Assembly: GCA_963575745.1 (NCBI GenBank)
Contig: CAUYUJ010000050.1
Location: 1 to 64,000 of the forward strand
From: Prorocentrum cordatum
Lineage: Eukaryota
Reading direction: 5' to 3'
DNA length: 64,000 bases
In this document: positions 1 through 10,400 of the stretch, in pieces
Layout: each line of letters begins with the position of its first letter
Numbering within the stretch: position 1 is the first letter of the stretch
Program-made: the position numbers and the translations under genes
Notes under the pieces: model-generated
Seen by the model: only the letters and a program-made list of their open reading frames with translations
The model's database searches: none
Told to the model about the DNA's origin: nothing

Positions 1-17
1 GTTAATGACGACGAACG

Positions 18-59
<42 letters not shown>

Positions 60-160
60 ACCGACCGACCGACCGACCGACCGACCGACCGACCGACCGA
101 CCGACCGACGACTGACGGCGAACGGCTGCCGACGGCCGACGACCGACGACTGGTGACGGC
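1..160. repeat. (GAC)n / (CCGA)n microsatellite
   Basis: Visible tandem gacgac... then ccgaccga... runs. Confidence 0.9.
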
Positions 161-255
161 GACGGGTGGAAGGTTTTTCGATCATCGCTTTCGCTTCCGA
201 GCAATACCAAGTCAGGCCGTGCACCTCTGGCCTGTCAGCACGCGAGTGAGCGACT

Positions 256-600
256 TTTGGGGCCTCTTGGTTCTTGGGGCTTCTTGGGGGCCTTTGGGGC
301 CTCTTGGGGGCCTCCCGGGGTCCTCTTGGGGGCCTCTTGGGGACCTCTTGGGGGCCTCAGGGGGCCCCTTGGGGGCGCCTCGGGGGCATATTGGGGGCTC
401 TTGGGGTCATCTTGGGGTGGAGGACTAGAAGGGTCCGTTCGGATTCACCCTCTTGAGGCCATCTTGGGGGCCTCTCGGGGTCGTCTTGGGGGGCCTCCAG
501 GGCTATATTGGGGCCCTCTTGGACCGTCTTGGCTCCTCTTGGGGGCCTCTTGGGTTGTCTTGGGGCGATCTTGGGGGCCTCTATTGGACCGTCTTCGGCG
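256..600. repeat. ~11-bp GGGGCCTCTTG minisatellite-like dispersed repeat (other copies ~4625-4810 and ~38770-39100)
   Basis: Repeated ggggcctcttg variants at three loci. Confidence 0.8.
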
Positions 601-739
601 CTTCTAAGACGGAAAAGGCGATAATGTTAAAATGCTTCAAAACCTATTAGCAATCTTATTATTGTCAGAGTGGGGGCCGAACGGTCCATTCACTGTCCCG
701 GGTGCGTGGCTGAAGTGGAATTCCGCGGTGCGTATTCTC

Positions 740-740
740 G

Positions 741-794
<54 letters not shown>

Positions 795-905
795 GTTGTT
801 GTTTGTTGTTGTTTGTTGTTGTTTGTTGTTGTTGTTGTTGTTTGTTGTTGTTTGTTGTTGTTTGTTGTTGTTTGTGTGTTTGTTTGTTTGTTTGTTTGTT
901 TGTTG
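740..905. repeat. (GTT)n/(GTTT)n microsatellite
   Basis: Direct reading. Confidence 0.95.
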
Positions 906-1199
906 ATAACAAAGGCGGGGCAGCCCCCCCCGGGGGGGTGAGATGGAGGGGGGGGGCGAACAACACAACACAACACAACGCAACCCTATAGGGGTTTGCG
1001 TGTGTCCTCCTCCTTCCCCCCCTCTTCTTCCTCCCTCTCCTCCTCATCATCTTCGTCCCCCTCCTCCTCCCCGTCCTCCTCGTCCTCCTTCTCCTCCGTC
1101 CTCCTCTGCCCCCTCCCCCCCCCATCCTCCTCGCCCTCGTCATCATCCTCCTCCCCTTCCTCCTTGCCCTCTTCCTCCTCAGGAGGATTCCCGGAGGAC

Positions 1200-1520
1200 T
1201 TCGCATGGATTCTTAAGGATTCTTGATGGATGCCCAAGGGATGCTTAAGGATTCCCTAAGGAGCCCCTAGGGATTCTGAAGGATTCCCTCAGGAGTCCTT
1301 AGGGATTCTGAAGGATTCCCTAAGGATTCCTCCAGGAGTCCCTCGGGATTCTGAAGGATTCCCTCAGGACCCCCTACGGATTTTAAAGGATTTTTAAGGA
1401 TTCCCTAAGGATTCCCTAAGGATTCCCTAAGGATTCCCTAAGGATTCCCTAGGATTCCCTAAGGATTCCCTAGGATTCCCTAGGGATTCCCTAAGGATTC
1501 CCTAAGGATGCCCTAGGATG
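1200..1520. repeat. 11-12-bp AAGGATTCCCT minisatellite
   Basis: Tandem aaggattccct units. Confidence 0.9.
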
Positions 1521-2578
1521 TTGTGTTGTGTTGTTCGCCCCCCCCCCCCCTTCGGACTGACCGGGGGGGCAGTGCCGGCCTTCTCCACGGTGGTGGAACC
1601 GGCGGATCCGCTCCCGCACCCCGGGGGGGCCATGCCGGCCTTAACCTTGTTGTTGTTGTTGTTGTTGAACATTATTAATTCTAAAGAATAATTATTGTTG
1701 GGGCCCCTGGTGCGCGCCCCCCCCGCCGCGCCTAGGCCGCAGCCACATTTTCATCATTTTCGTGAGGAAGTCTCAGGCAAAACGGGGTATACCAGATCCG
1801 GTTGTGTTGTTACGATCGGTTTTCCCTTGCAAAAAAATAAGGCAAAGTTGACATTTCTTGTTCTAACATGACCAAACTTCAAGAATCCCTTGCAAAAAAA
1901 TGACACGAAGTGCACATTCGCGCGCGCAAGACGAAATCCTTCCAAAACCTTAGTCTTCGTAGCGATTTTCACATAAAAACATGAAAAAACCCAATGGTTT
2001 TTCAAAAAAAGGGTTTCAAAAATTCACCCCGCGCGCTCCTGCGGATTTTTCTTAGGAAACCCAATACTTTTTCAACATTTCTGTCAAACGGGCTCTTGCG
2101 AGCAACTTTTTCACGTGCTTCGAACTTCTGCAACAAAGGTTGCGCGCCTGCCAGGGCCATCATCCCTGTCAAATAATACCATATGGGACACATTCGTTTT
2201 TCTTCGCGCGCGCACGCCGAAATCTTCAAAAATCATTGGGTTTCTTAGGAATTTTAGCACCGCGCAACATACAATCATACGAATCGCACCGTAGGTTCTC
2301 GAAAAACATCTGTACGAATTTTCAAAATTTCTACCCGCGCGCGCTGTCCGAATCCTTAAAAACCAATGGTTTTTCAACATTTATGTTATAGAGCTCGCGC
2401 GAGCTGTTTTCGCAAGCTCTTTCAACGGCGTTCGCGCGCCTGCCAGGGGCCACAATCCCTTGCAAAAAATATCATGCGGGACACATGCGCGCGTCGTCGC
2501 GTCGTCGTTGTCGGCACGGTACCACAACAAGTCAGTGTGTCACCACGTCATCGAACAAAATCACTGATCACTGTCACA

Positions 2579-2600
2579 TCCGTAGCCATCTCGGATCAAG
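2579..2600 (+). other. Relic dinoflagellate spliced leader
   Basis: TCCGTAGCCATCTCGGATCAAG, 19/22 match to DinoSL; ATG follows at 2627. Confidence 0.8.
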
Positions 2601-2626
2601 GTATCGCCTGTGTTCTTGGATGGGTC

Positions 2627-2800
2627 ATGGCTTTGTCGGCGAAAGCCCTTGACGAGCAGTATGGCCCAGAGCTGTCGCGGCCTCCCTTGGCCGACTGCGG
2701 CAACCCGTTTTATTTGCATCAGGCGCTCGTTGCAAGTGTCTTCGCTTGTGTGGTACAGAAACGGAAAAACGTCGGAAAACGGTACAGGTGTCCAGTGTAG
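2627..2800 (+). pseudogene. 5' fragment of SL-headed retrocopy, unknown product (MALSAKALDEQYGPELSRPPLADCGNPFYLHQAL...)
   Basis: ATG 26 nt downstream of relic SL; non-low-complexity peptide; short ORF. Confidence 0.45.
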
Positions 2801-3077
2801 GAACAGGGGGAAAAGTCGTATACTAAGCTAGCTTCCACAAAATGTTACCACAACAAGTCACTGTACCCATGCGCCAGTGTAGTAGCCAAGGTCGTCCGCA
2901 GGCCACGAAGTGAAGTGTCCGAACGTCATAGGGCGGGAAGCTGGGTGTGGGTGGTGGCGAAGAGTCGTTTGGAAACTTGGTAGAGCTTGAACCGGCCCCC
3001 CCACAAAGTGGGGGTATTGTCCGCCTCCTATGAAAACCCTGGCACTGGTGAGAACGGAGTGTCCCCAGTCTTAAATG

Positions 3078-3174
<97 letters not shown>

Positions 3175-3900
3175 GTTGTCGTCGTCCCACCCGCAACCCG
3201 CCCCGCGACCCACTCGCGACCCGACCCGCGACCCCCCCCGCGACCCACCCGCGACCCACCCGCGACCCACCCGCGACCCACCCCGCGACCCACCCCGCGA
3301 CCCACCCCGCGACCCACCCCGCGACCCACCCCGCGACCCACCCCGCGACCCGCCCGCGGCCCACTCCCCGACCCACCCGCGACCCACCCGCGACCCACCC
3401 CGCGACCCACCCGCGACCCACCCGTGACCTACCCCGCGATCCACCCGCGACCCACCCGCGACCCAAACCACGTTCAAGGTACAAACCACCATTTTCGGCG
3501 CCGGCGGCGGGTTTTTTTGCATTCCTTCCAGGTGGAGAGCCCGCGACCCACCCCGTGACCAACTCGCGACCAACCCGCGACCCAAACCACGTTCAGGGTA
3601 CAAACCACATGTTTCGGCGCCTGCGGCGGGCATCTTCTGCATTCGTTTCAGGTGGAGAGCCCGCGGCCCACCCGCGACCCAAACCACGTTCAGGGTACAA
3701 ACCACATTTTTCGGCGCCTGCGGCGGGCATCTTCTGCATTCGTTCCCGGTGGAGAACCCGCGGCCCACCCGCGACCCAAACCACGTTCAGTGTACAAACC
3801 AATTTTTTTGGCGCCTGCGGCGGGCTGCTTTTGCATTCCTTCCAGGTGGAGGTGGAGAGCCCGCGACCCACCCGCGACCTAAACCACGTTCACTGAACAA
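3078..3900. repeat. (GTT)n tract followed by 12-bp CCGCGACCCACC minisatellite and longer (~100-120 bp) degenerate tandem units
   Basis: Direct reading; recurring cgacccaaaccacgttcagggtacaaacca. Confidence 0.85.
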
Positions 3901-5059
3901 ACCAATGCCGCACAAGCGCGGCGGCGGATTTTTGCATGCCGTCTGAGCCCGCAAGGACCTCTTCAAGCCCCGCGCATCCACACCAGCCCGTCCAGCAACT
4001 TTGCACTGGCGAGTTGCCTTGATCAGAGAAGGCGGGGAGCATAACGTGGAACAAAAGATTGCGTTGCAGTTCTCTTGGGAAAAGAGGGGGAGGCAGGAGG
4101 AGTAAACAGGGGACGAGGAGAACGCGGAAGAAGAGATGATGTAAGGATATTGTGGACAAAAAAAAAGAGGAGGAGCAGGAGGACGAGGAGGGGCAGGAGG
4201 GGGAGGGGGGGGAGGAGGAGGACGAGGAGGGGGAGGAGGGAGGATGATGATGATGGACGACAATGGGAGGACGATGATGAAGGACGATGATGGAGGCCGA
4301 TGAGGGGGAGGACGACAATGGGAGGACGATGATGAAAGGACGAGGGGTGGAGAGGGAGGACGAGGAAAACGAGGAGGAGGACGAGGTGGGGGAGGAGGAT
4401 GACTATGACGATGAGGACGAGGGCGAGGAAGAGGAGGAGGAGGAGGAAGAGGAGGAGGAGGAGGAGGAGGAGGAGGAGGAGGAGGAGGAGGAGGAGGAGG
4501 AGGAGGAGGAGGAGAGCGCCATCGACAAGGAAGGTGGGGGCCACGAGGTCCGCCGGCTCGACAACGCCCGCGTCGCCCGCGCCCGCCCCCTCACTCTTAT
4601 CCGCAATTGCGGGGTGCTACGAATACCCTCTTGGGGCCCTCTTGGGGGTCCTCTTGGGATCTCCTTGAGGCGTCTTGGAGGCCTCTTGGGCAGTCTTCAG
4701 GCCAACTTGGGCGTCCAGGAGCGCTCTTGGGCCTTTCGGGCGCCTCCTGGACCGTTTTGGTGGCCTCCTGGGCCCCTTTTGGCCCGTCTTGGGGCGGTTT
4801 GGGATTCCCGGGGGGGGGGCGGAAAGAAAGGGTGGACCCCATGAACCCCCCCCTCCCCCCCTACCCCGGCAGAGCCCACCCCCAGCCCACCCCCAGCAGA
4901 GCTGAAGCTCATGTTGTAGCTTTCTTAAACTCACACGCCGGATCGGCGGATTTTTCAATGTTTCGTCCCAAATCCCCTTGTAGGGGGACATGCCCGACCT
5001 AAACCTATCGAGCTGTGGCCCGTGGAGAGGCGCCGACGAGCAGCCCGCCCCCCCCCGCG

Positions 5060-5312
5060 GGAGCACCCCTGCACGAGGCCTCGAGGGCCCCCAGGGGCTC
5101 CAGGAATAGGGCAAAGAGCTGGGGGGGCACCTTTTCAGGAGATCGCAGCACATGGATCAAAGGGGGCGCGGAGAGCGACGGGTCCCGCTTCCCGGGGAAG
5201 TCGCGGATCCCCGCCGCCGAACGGGGCGGCGCTGGCCGCACTTGGGGGAGGTGCCGCGTGCCAAATCCATGGATCGCCAATTCATGTTTGCGCGCCCCCG
5301 AACCTTGGGCTG
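5060..5312. repeat. Dispersed repeat (second copy ~25545-25795)
   Basis: Shared gcgacgggtcccg...ccaaatccatggatcgc...gcgcgcccccga. Confidence 0.65.
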
Positions 5313-5457
5313 GGGACTATTTTTTGATCATGTGGGACTGTTTTTCCCCAGCTTCTTATTTTTCGTCCAAAGTCGGCCTGTAGAGCGACGTGCCCGACCT
5401 CAGGCCAGGGGCACCTCCAGCAACCCACAAGTGACACACGTCCTGGAGCCAGGGTCA

Positions 5458-5614
5458 AGTCGGGCGTGTCCCCCTGCAGGAGGACCATTCAAAAAGAGTT
5501 TAAACAAACAGCGCGGGGGCGATTTGTCGACTATTTGGGATAATTTGGAAGTCTGTGTTTAAATTCTGCTGTGTTGTTCGTCCAAAATCGGCCTGCAGGG
5601 GCCCATGCCCGACC
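5458..5614. mobile_element. MITE with TIR RGTCGGGCMTGTCCCCCTACAGG (copies 17429-17677, 58411-58567; solo ends ~4977, ~5376, ~20386, ~40842, ~43201)
   Basis: Inverted termini gtcgggcgtgtccccctgcagg / cctgcaggggcccatgcccgacc; TA/TAA flanks; AT-rich interior. Confidence 0.75.
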
Positions 5615-5711
5615 TAAGGCCAGGGGCACCTTCTGCAACCCACGAGTGACGACACACGTCCTGGAGCCAGGGGGCAAAAACTGTGCAGCCCCAGCTTGCG
5701 TTATGATGTCC

Positions 5712-5900
5712 AACCTACTTTAGCTGTGATCGCCAGAGAGAATTTCGAGCACCAAGAATGTACCGAAAATTGAGGGTTTTCAAGCGTCGGGCCCTGGGGG
5801 GCGACACTCGTTCGATACTGTTTCGAAGCTTTTCTGGGTGCTCGAGATTATTTCTGGGATGTGGTCCATAAGTACGATGGGAGCAAAATTAAGCTTGAGG
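5712..5900. repeat. Dispersed MITE-like repeat (second copy ~62893-63075)
   Basis: Inverted ccagagagaatttcgagcacc / ggtgctcgagattatttctgg; two similar copies 57 kb apart. Confidence 0.65.
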
Positions 5901-6257
5901 GCTCTTCGGTTCCATGGTGCCGCCCGCTCCCATCCTGGGCCAGCGGTTGGGGGCAATAGACAGCTGGCCGTTGCAGTGCCATGTTCGCGTCGGTGCCGGA
6001 CTCGAAGAGGAAGCTCTTGAGTTGTGGACGGTGGCAACAAACATTGAGCCCGCCCTTGGGGCCCCCCGACTCCCCGGCCGGCGGTCTTCTCGGCCTTCCT
6101 TGTGGTAACCAAACGGCACCGATACCGCTACTCCCCGGACCTCTCCCAGGTGTGATCGGACCAGAATTTCGAGGCGAATCCAGCCGTGGCGACGAGGGCA
6201 TTCCATGAGGTCCAGAAAGGCGAAAACGAGGCAAGGGCAGCGGTATCGGTACCTCTA

Positions 6258-6434
6258 CAGTGGAGACCCATGCCGAGAAACACCCTGCTCGCCTCCAGGG
6301 TGCCCTGGGCTTCTTGGGTTCCGATTCTTGTTGCCGCGGAAAGCGTGACGTTCCCACGCCGAAGATCAGAGGACGTCCTGGGGTTCCAGGGTCGGGTTTC
6401 TTGTGGAAGGTTTCTCGTGGTCGAGCTCCTGCTG
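6258..6434 (+). mobile_element. Tc1/mariner-type MITE, CAGTGGAG family (copies ~17033-17185, 18830-19013, 37932-38109, degenerate ~43669-43890)
   Basis: TA|CAGTGGAG...CTG|TA ends with TA duplication; shared interior in 4-5 copies. Confidence 0.85.
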
Positions 6435-7158
6435 TACCTCCCCCAGTGCACAGCCCCTGGCGGTCGGGGCGGGCTGTGGACGGCCGGCGCCGCGCCTCGG
6501 TGCCGCGAGCGCGCGCCCAGCTCGGCAGCACGAGCAGCCGCCGCCGCCGCCGCCGCCTGGGTGCCGCACGTTGCCTTGGGACACGCAGCGGAGCTTGCAT
6601 CTTCGACCTGTTTGTTTTCGTCGCCCTCGGTTTCCCTCGGAGGAGAGACGGCACAGCCATAAGCTGTTGGATCTCCGCGCCCGGCTTCTTGGCTCTGCGC
6701 TGGAGCCCCCTGGCGGCGCCTCCGGCGCCGCCCCCTGGCGCGCTCCGCGCGCCAGGGAGTGGGGTCCAGCGCGGATCCAAAAAGCCGCGCGGAGCTCCCA
6801 AAGTTGATGCCTTGGCCGCCAACAGCGCCCTCTTGCTGCCTCGCAGGCCTGTGCTCTGGCACTCGGGCGCAAGAGCTACGTGCTCTGAGCGTGCTCCGCA
6901 GCCCGCGGCTTCCTCGCCCCCTCCCGCGCTTTTCTCGCTCCTGTCAGTGCCCAAGCGGCCCCGCTGTTCCCCATTGGTTGCCTCGACCGCGGCTCGGTGC
7001 CAAGCTGCTGCGGCAAAAAATGGTCGTCGCCTTCGTTTTTTTTCACCCGCAGTTGATGCCTCCGGGGGCCGGCTCCCTGCCTGGGGCCGTCAGAAACGGA
7101 CCCAGGATGAAAAGCTACTCGGTTCCCCTGGACGACATTTCGACACCTGCAAAAGTCT

Positions 7159-7370
7159 AGGCCTCCGACATGGGGTCGGACTGAATGGGGTCGGAGGATC
7201 GCGCCGCATCGCCGATGCATCGACGATGCGGCTCGATGCGGAGCCCGAGTTTCTTCACGCCGACGTCGCCGATGCGTCGCCGACGTCGCCGATGCATCGC
7301 CGATGCAGGGGCGTGGCGGCGCGATCCCCCGACCCCATCGAATTATACTCGGACCCCATCCAGGAGGCCT
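7159..7370. mobile_element. Palindromic MITE-like element rich in GCATCGCCGATG (second copy 21255-21442)
   Basis: AGGCCTCC...GGAGGCCT termini, inverted ggggtcgga / cgacccc arms. Confidence 0.65.
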
Positions 7371-7433
7371 CTAGAAAGTTGCATGTCCAGGAGGCCTCTA
7401 GAAAGTTGCATCTCTTCTCCAGCGGGAGCGCAG

Positions 7434-7470
7434 GTACACACGGACGGAGTCCTCGCAGAAGGCTCTGTAT
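7434..7470 (+). CDS. PDE12-like exon (YTRTESSQKALY); 3' boundary uncertain (GC donor at 7462 possible)
   Basis: Acceptor cag|G at 7433/7434; peptide matches the YxxTExSxxxLY segment preceding PYC. Confidence 0.6.
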
Positions 7471-10400
7471 CGGGCAGGCCGGCGCCACGACTGGGTCCGT
7501 GGGGAGGAGGGCGTCCCTGGGTCGGCGGAGGCAGCGGCGGCACGGCTCGGGCACACGGTCAAGACGCGGAGGTAATGCAGGGTGACGATTCATAAAAAGA
7601 TTGGAGAGAACGATTAAACAAATATGTTTCTGCGAGTTCTGCGTATTTTTCTGACTGGAGGAGAACGATTAAAAACATAATTTTCCAGCCCGCGGCCGGT
7701 TTTTTCTAATCGTCATCCCGGGCGCCGCCGCGTGAACACGACCCCCGGTCACTTATCAACCGTCATCATCCGTTAAGGACACCTTCGGGCTCATGGCGGG
7801 AGCTCCGGTTTTACTTTTCAGGCCGTTCTTCGGGACCAGGTCGGGGAAGCTAGTCGAATCCGAGGCTCGCCGTGGCCAGAAAAAACAGTTCGTTCCTTAT
7901 TCATTTTTCTCGGTTCTTGATGGGAGCACGATGGTTGCAGGTGGTGGACGCTCTGAAGGTGTCTGGGGCCAGTGGAGCCGACACTGCGACCGCACCTGGG
8001 GGGCGACCTGAACTGGGTTGGGATGAAGTAGCGAATCGGATGGTGGCGAGCTTTTGTGGAGGGGTGGGGTGGGGTTCAAGAAGCCAGCAGTGAACAGTCC
8101 GAGAGCTCTCCGAGGCTATGGAAGAGCCCCTTCCCCAAGAAAACCTGAGAGCCCCCGATTCAGATATCTCCCTGACCCCTTCATTCGTGCCACCTTCGCC
8201 CCTCCACAAATTCTCATTTTGAATGCTACACCGACTTTCTCCCCCGAAGACGTCCAAAGGGCTTTACGCCCTCTCCGTACATTATTTCTTACACGCAGGA
8301 GCTTGGAGGTCCATGTGCTATGTTTCTGCCGCGCAGGGATGCTGTCGGTTTTTTAAGAATGGTGTTCTCGCTGCAGTGTGGGCCTCATTTTAGCACCGTC
8401 GCCCTGCTCCAGTCGTTCAGAATGGCACTCTCGCCCCAGCGCGGGCCACTTTCCTTCACCAGAGGAGGAGGAGGAGGAGGAGGAGGAGAAGGAGGAGGAG
8501 GAGGAGGAGGAGGAGGAGGAGGAGGAGGAAGCGGAGGAGCCAAGTTCAGAATGGCACTCTTGCCCCGGCGCGGGCCACTTTCCTTCACCCGAGCCCTCCC
8601 TCCTCGTTTGCCGCGCTCCTCTCCCCTCTTCCGCTTTCCCTTGCTTCTCGTGCTCGTCCGCTTCTCCCACTCCTGCTCTTGCTCCTTCTCCTCCTCCTCC
8701 TCCTCCTCCTCCTCCTCCTCCTCCTCCTCCCCTCCCCATTCTCCTCCTCCTCCTCCTCCTCCTCCTCCTTCTCCTCCTCCTCCTCCCTCCTCCTCCTCCC
8801 TCCTCCTCCCTCCTCCCTCCTCCTCCTCCGCCTCCTCCTCCCCTCCTCCTCCTCCCCCCCTCCTCCTCCTCCTCCTCCTACTCCTCCTCCTCCTCCCCCC
8901 TCCTCCCCCTCCTTCTTCGTCCTCCTCTTCCTCCTGCTCATCCGCAGCCTCGTCCTCCAATGTGCATGTGTCCTTTTCTCCGATTGCGCACATCACGATG
9001 GCGTCCTCTTTGAGGTTGCAGGCCCATTGTGGCACGCGTCGGTAGATTGAGGAACGCTCAGCGCAATTGGAAGGGGTAGGTGGGAGGGGTAGGATGTCAG
9101 ATCTAGCGCGAGCGCACCTAGCTTGTCCCTCCATCTCTCCCTTCTACATCTCCCTCCTCCCCCTCTCTTTCATCCCTCCCTCGACCTTGTCCTCCTCCAT
9201 CTTCCCTCCTCCCTCCTTCTCCATCCCTCCTTCCTCCATCCCTCCCTCCCTTTCCTCCTCACCCCCGCATGCTCCCTCCCCTCCTCCTCCTCCTCCTCCT
9301 CCTCCTCCTCCTCCTCCTCCTCCTCGACCTCCTCCTCTTCCTTCTCCTCCTCCTCCTCCTCCTTCTCCTCCTCCCCTCCTCCTCCTCCTCCTCCTCCTCC
9401 TCCTCCTCCTCCTCTCCTCCTCCTCCTTCTCCTCCTCCTCCTTCTCCTCCTCCACCTCCTCCTCGTTCTCCTCCCTCGTCCTCCTCCTCCTCCTCCTCCT
9501 CCTCCTCCTCCTTCTCCTCCTCCTCCTCCTCGCTGGAGCGACGGGGGCGACCTCGTTCCAGGTCGCGCTGCGACGTCGTGACGCCCTCGCAGCTCCCGCT
9601 TGCGGGGTGGCGGATCCGTACTGCGCGCCCGAGCACATGTGCTTCGAGTACCGCAGGTGCTGCTCCTTCCCTCCCTTCCCCTCCCTTCCCCTCCCCTCCC
9701 CACCCCTCCCTTCCCCCCGCCTCCCTGCCCTGCCCTGCCCTGCCCTCCCTCCCCCTCTTCCCCTTCTGTCCGTAGCCATCCTGGCTCAGGCCAGCTAGGT
9801 TCCAGCGCGCTTGGGCTGGAGTCGGGGAGCCGCCATTGCCGGCGGCCGGTGCTGCTCGCGTGCCGTGGAGGTCGTCCGCTTCTCGAGGGGAGGACGAGGA
9901 GGAGGAGGAGGAGGAGGAGGAGGAGGAGGAGGAGGAGGAGGAGGGTGAGAAGGAGGAGGAGGAGGAGGAGGAGGAGGAGGAGGAGGAGTATGTTCGTCGC
10001 CAAGATGAGTTCTGGAAGTCTCGCTGCGAGTCCATCGGCCAGATCTTCGGGTACCCCGAGCTTGTCGACAGGCTCCTGGCCGTGGCTCCCGTGCTGGCGC
10101 TCCAGCTTGGCAAGAGCCAGGAGCTGAAGCGGAATGTGGCGATTCATGCTGAGATGGTGCCGCATCCGCTCAGCGCGGCCGCTGCTGCTGACCTCCGCAG
10201 TGCCGCGCAAGGCCCCCGCCTGGGCCGCGCGGATGCTGCTGTGGGCGTGCCCCCCGCCCACGACCGCCGTTCAGACGGCGGCGCAGAGGGTGCGCAGGCA
10301 GAGGGGGGAGCGTGTGTGGTGGACCCGCGCGGACGGAGGGAGGAGGCGGACCTCGGCGCCGCCAGCCGCTCCGCGGAAACCGCGGTATTCGTGCCTCGCG

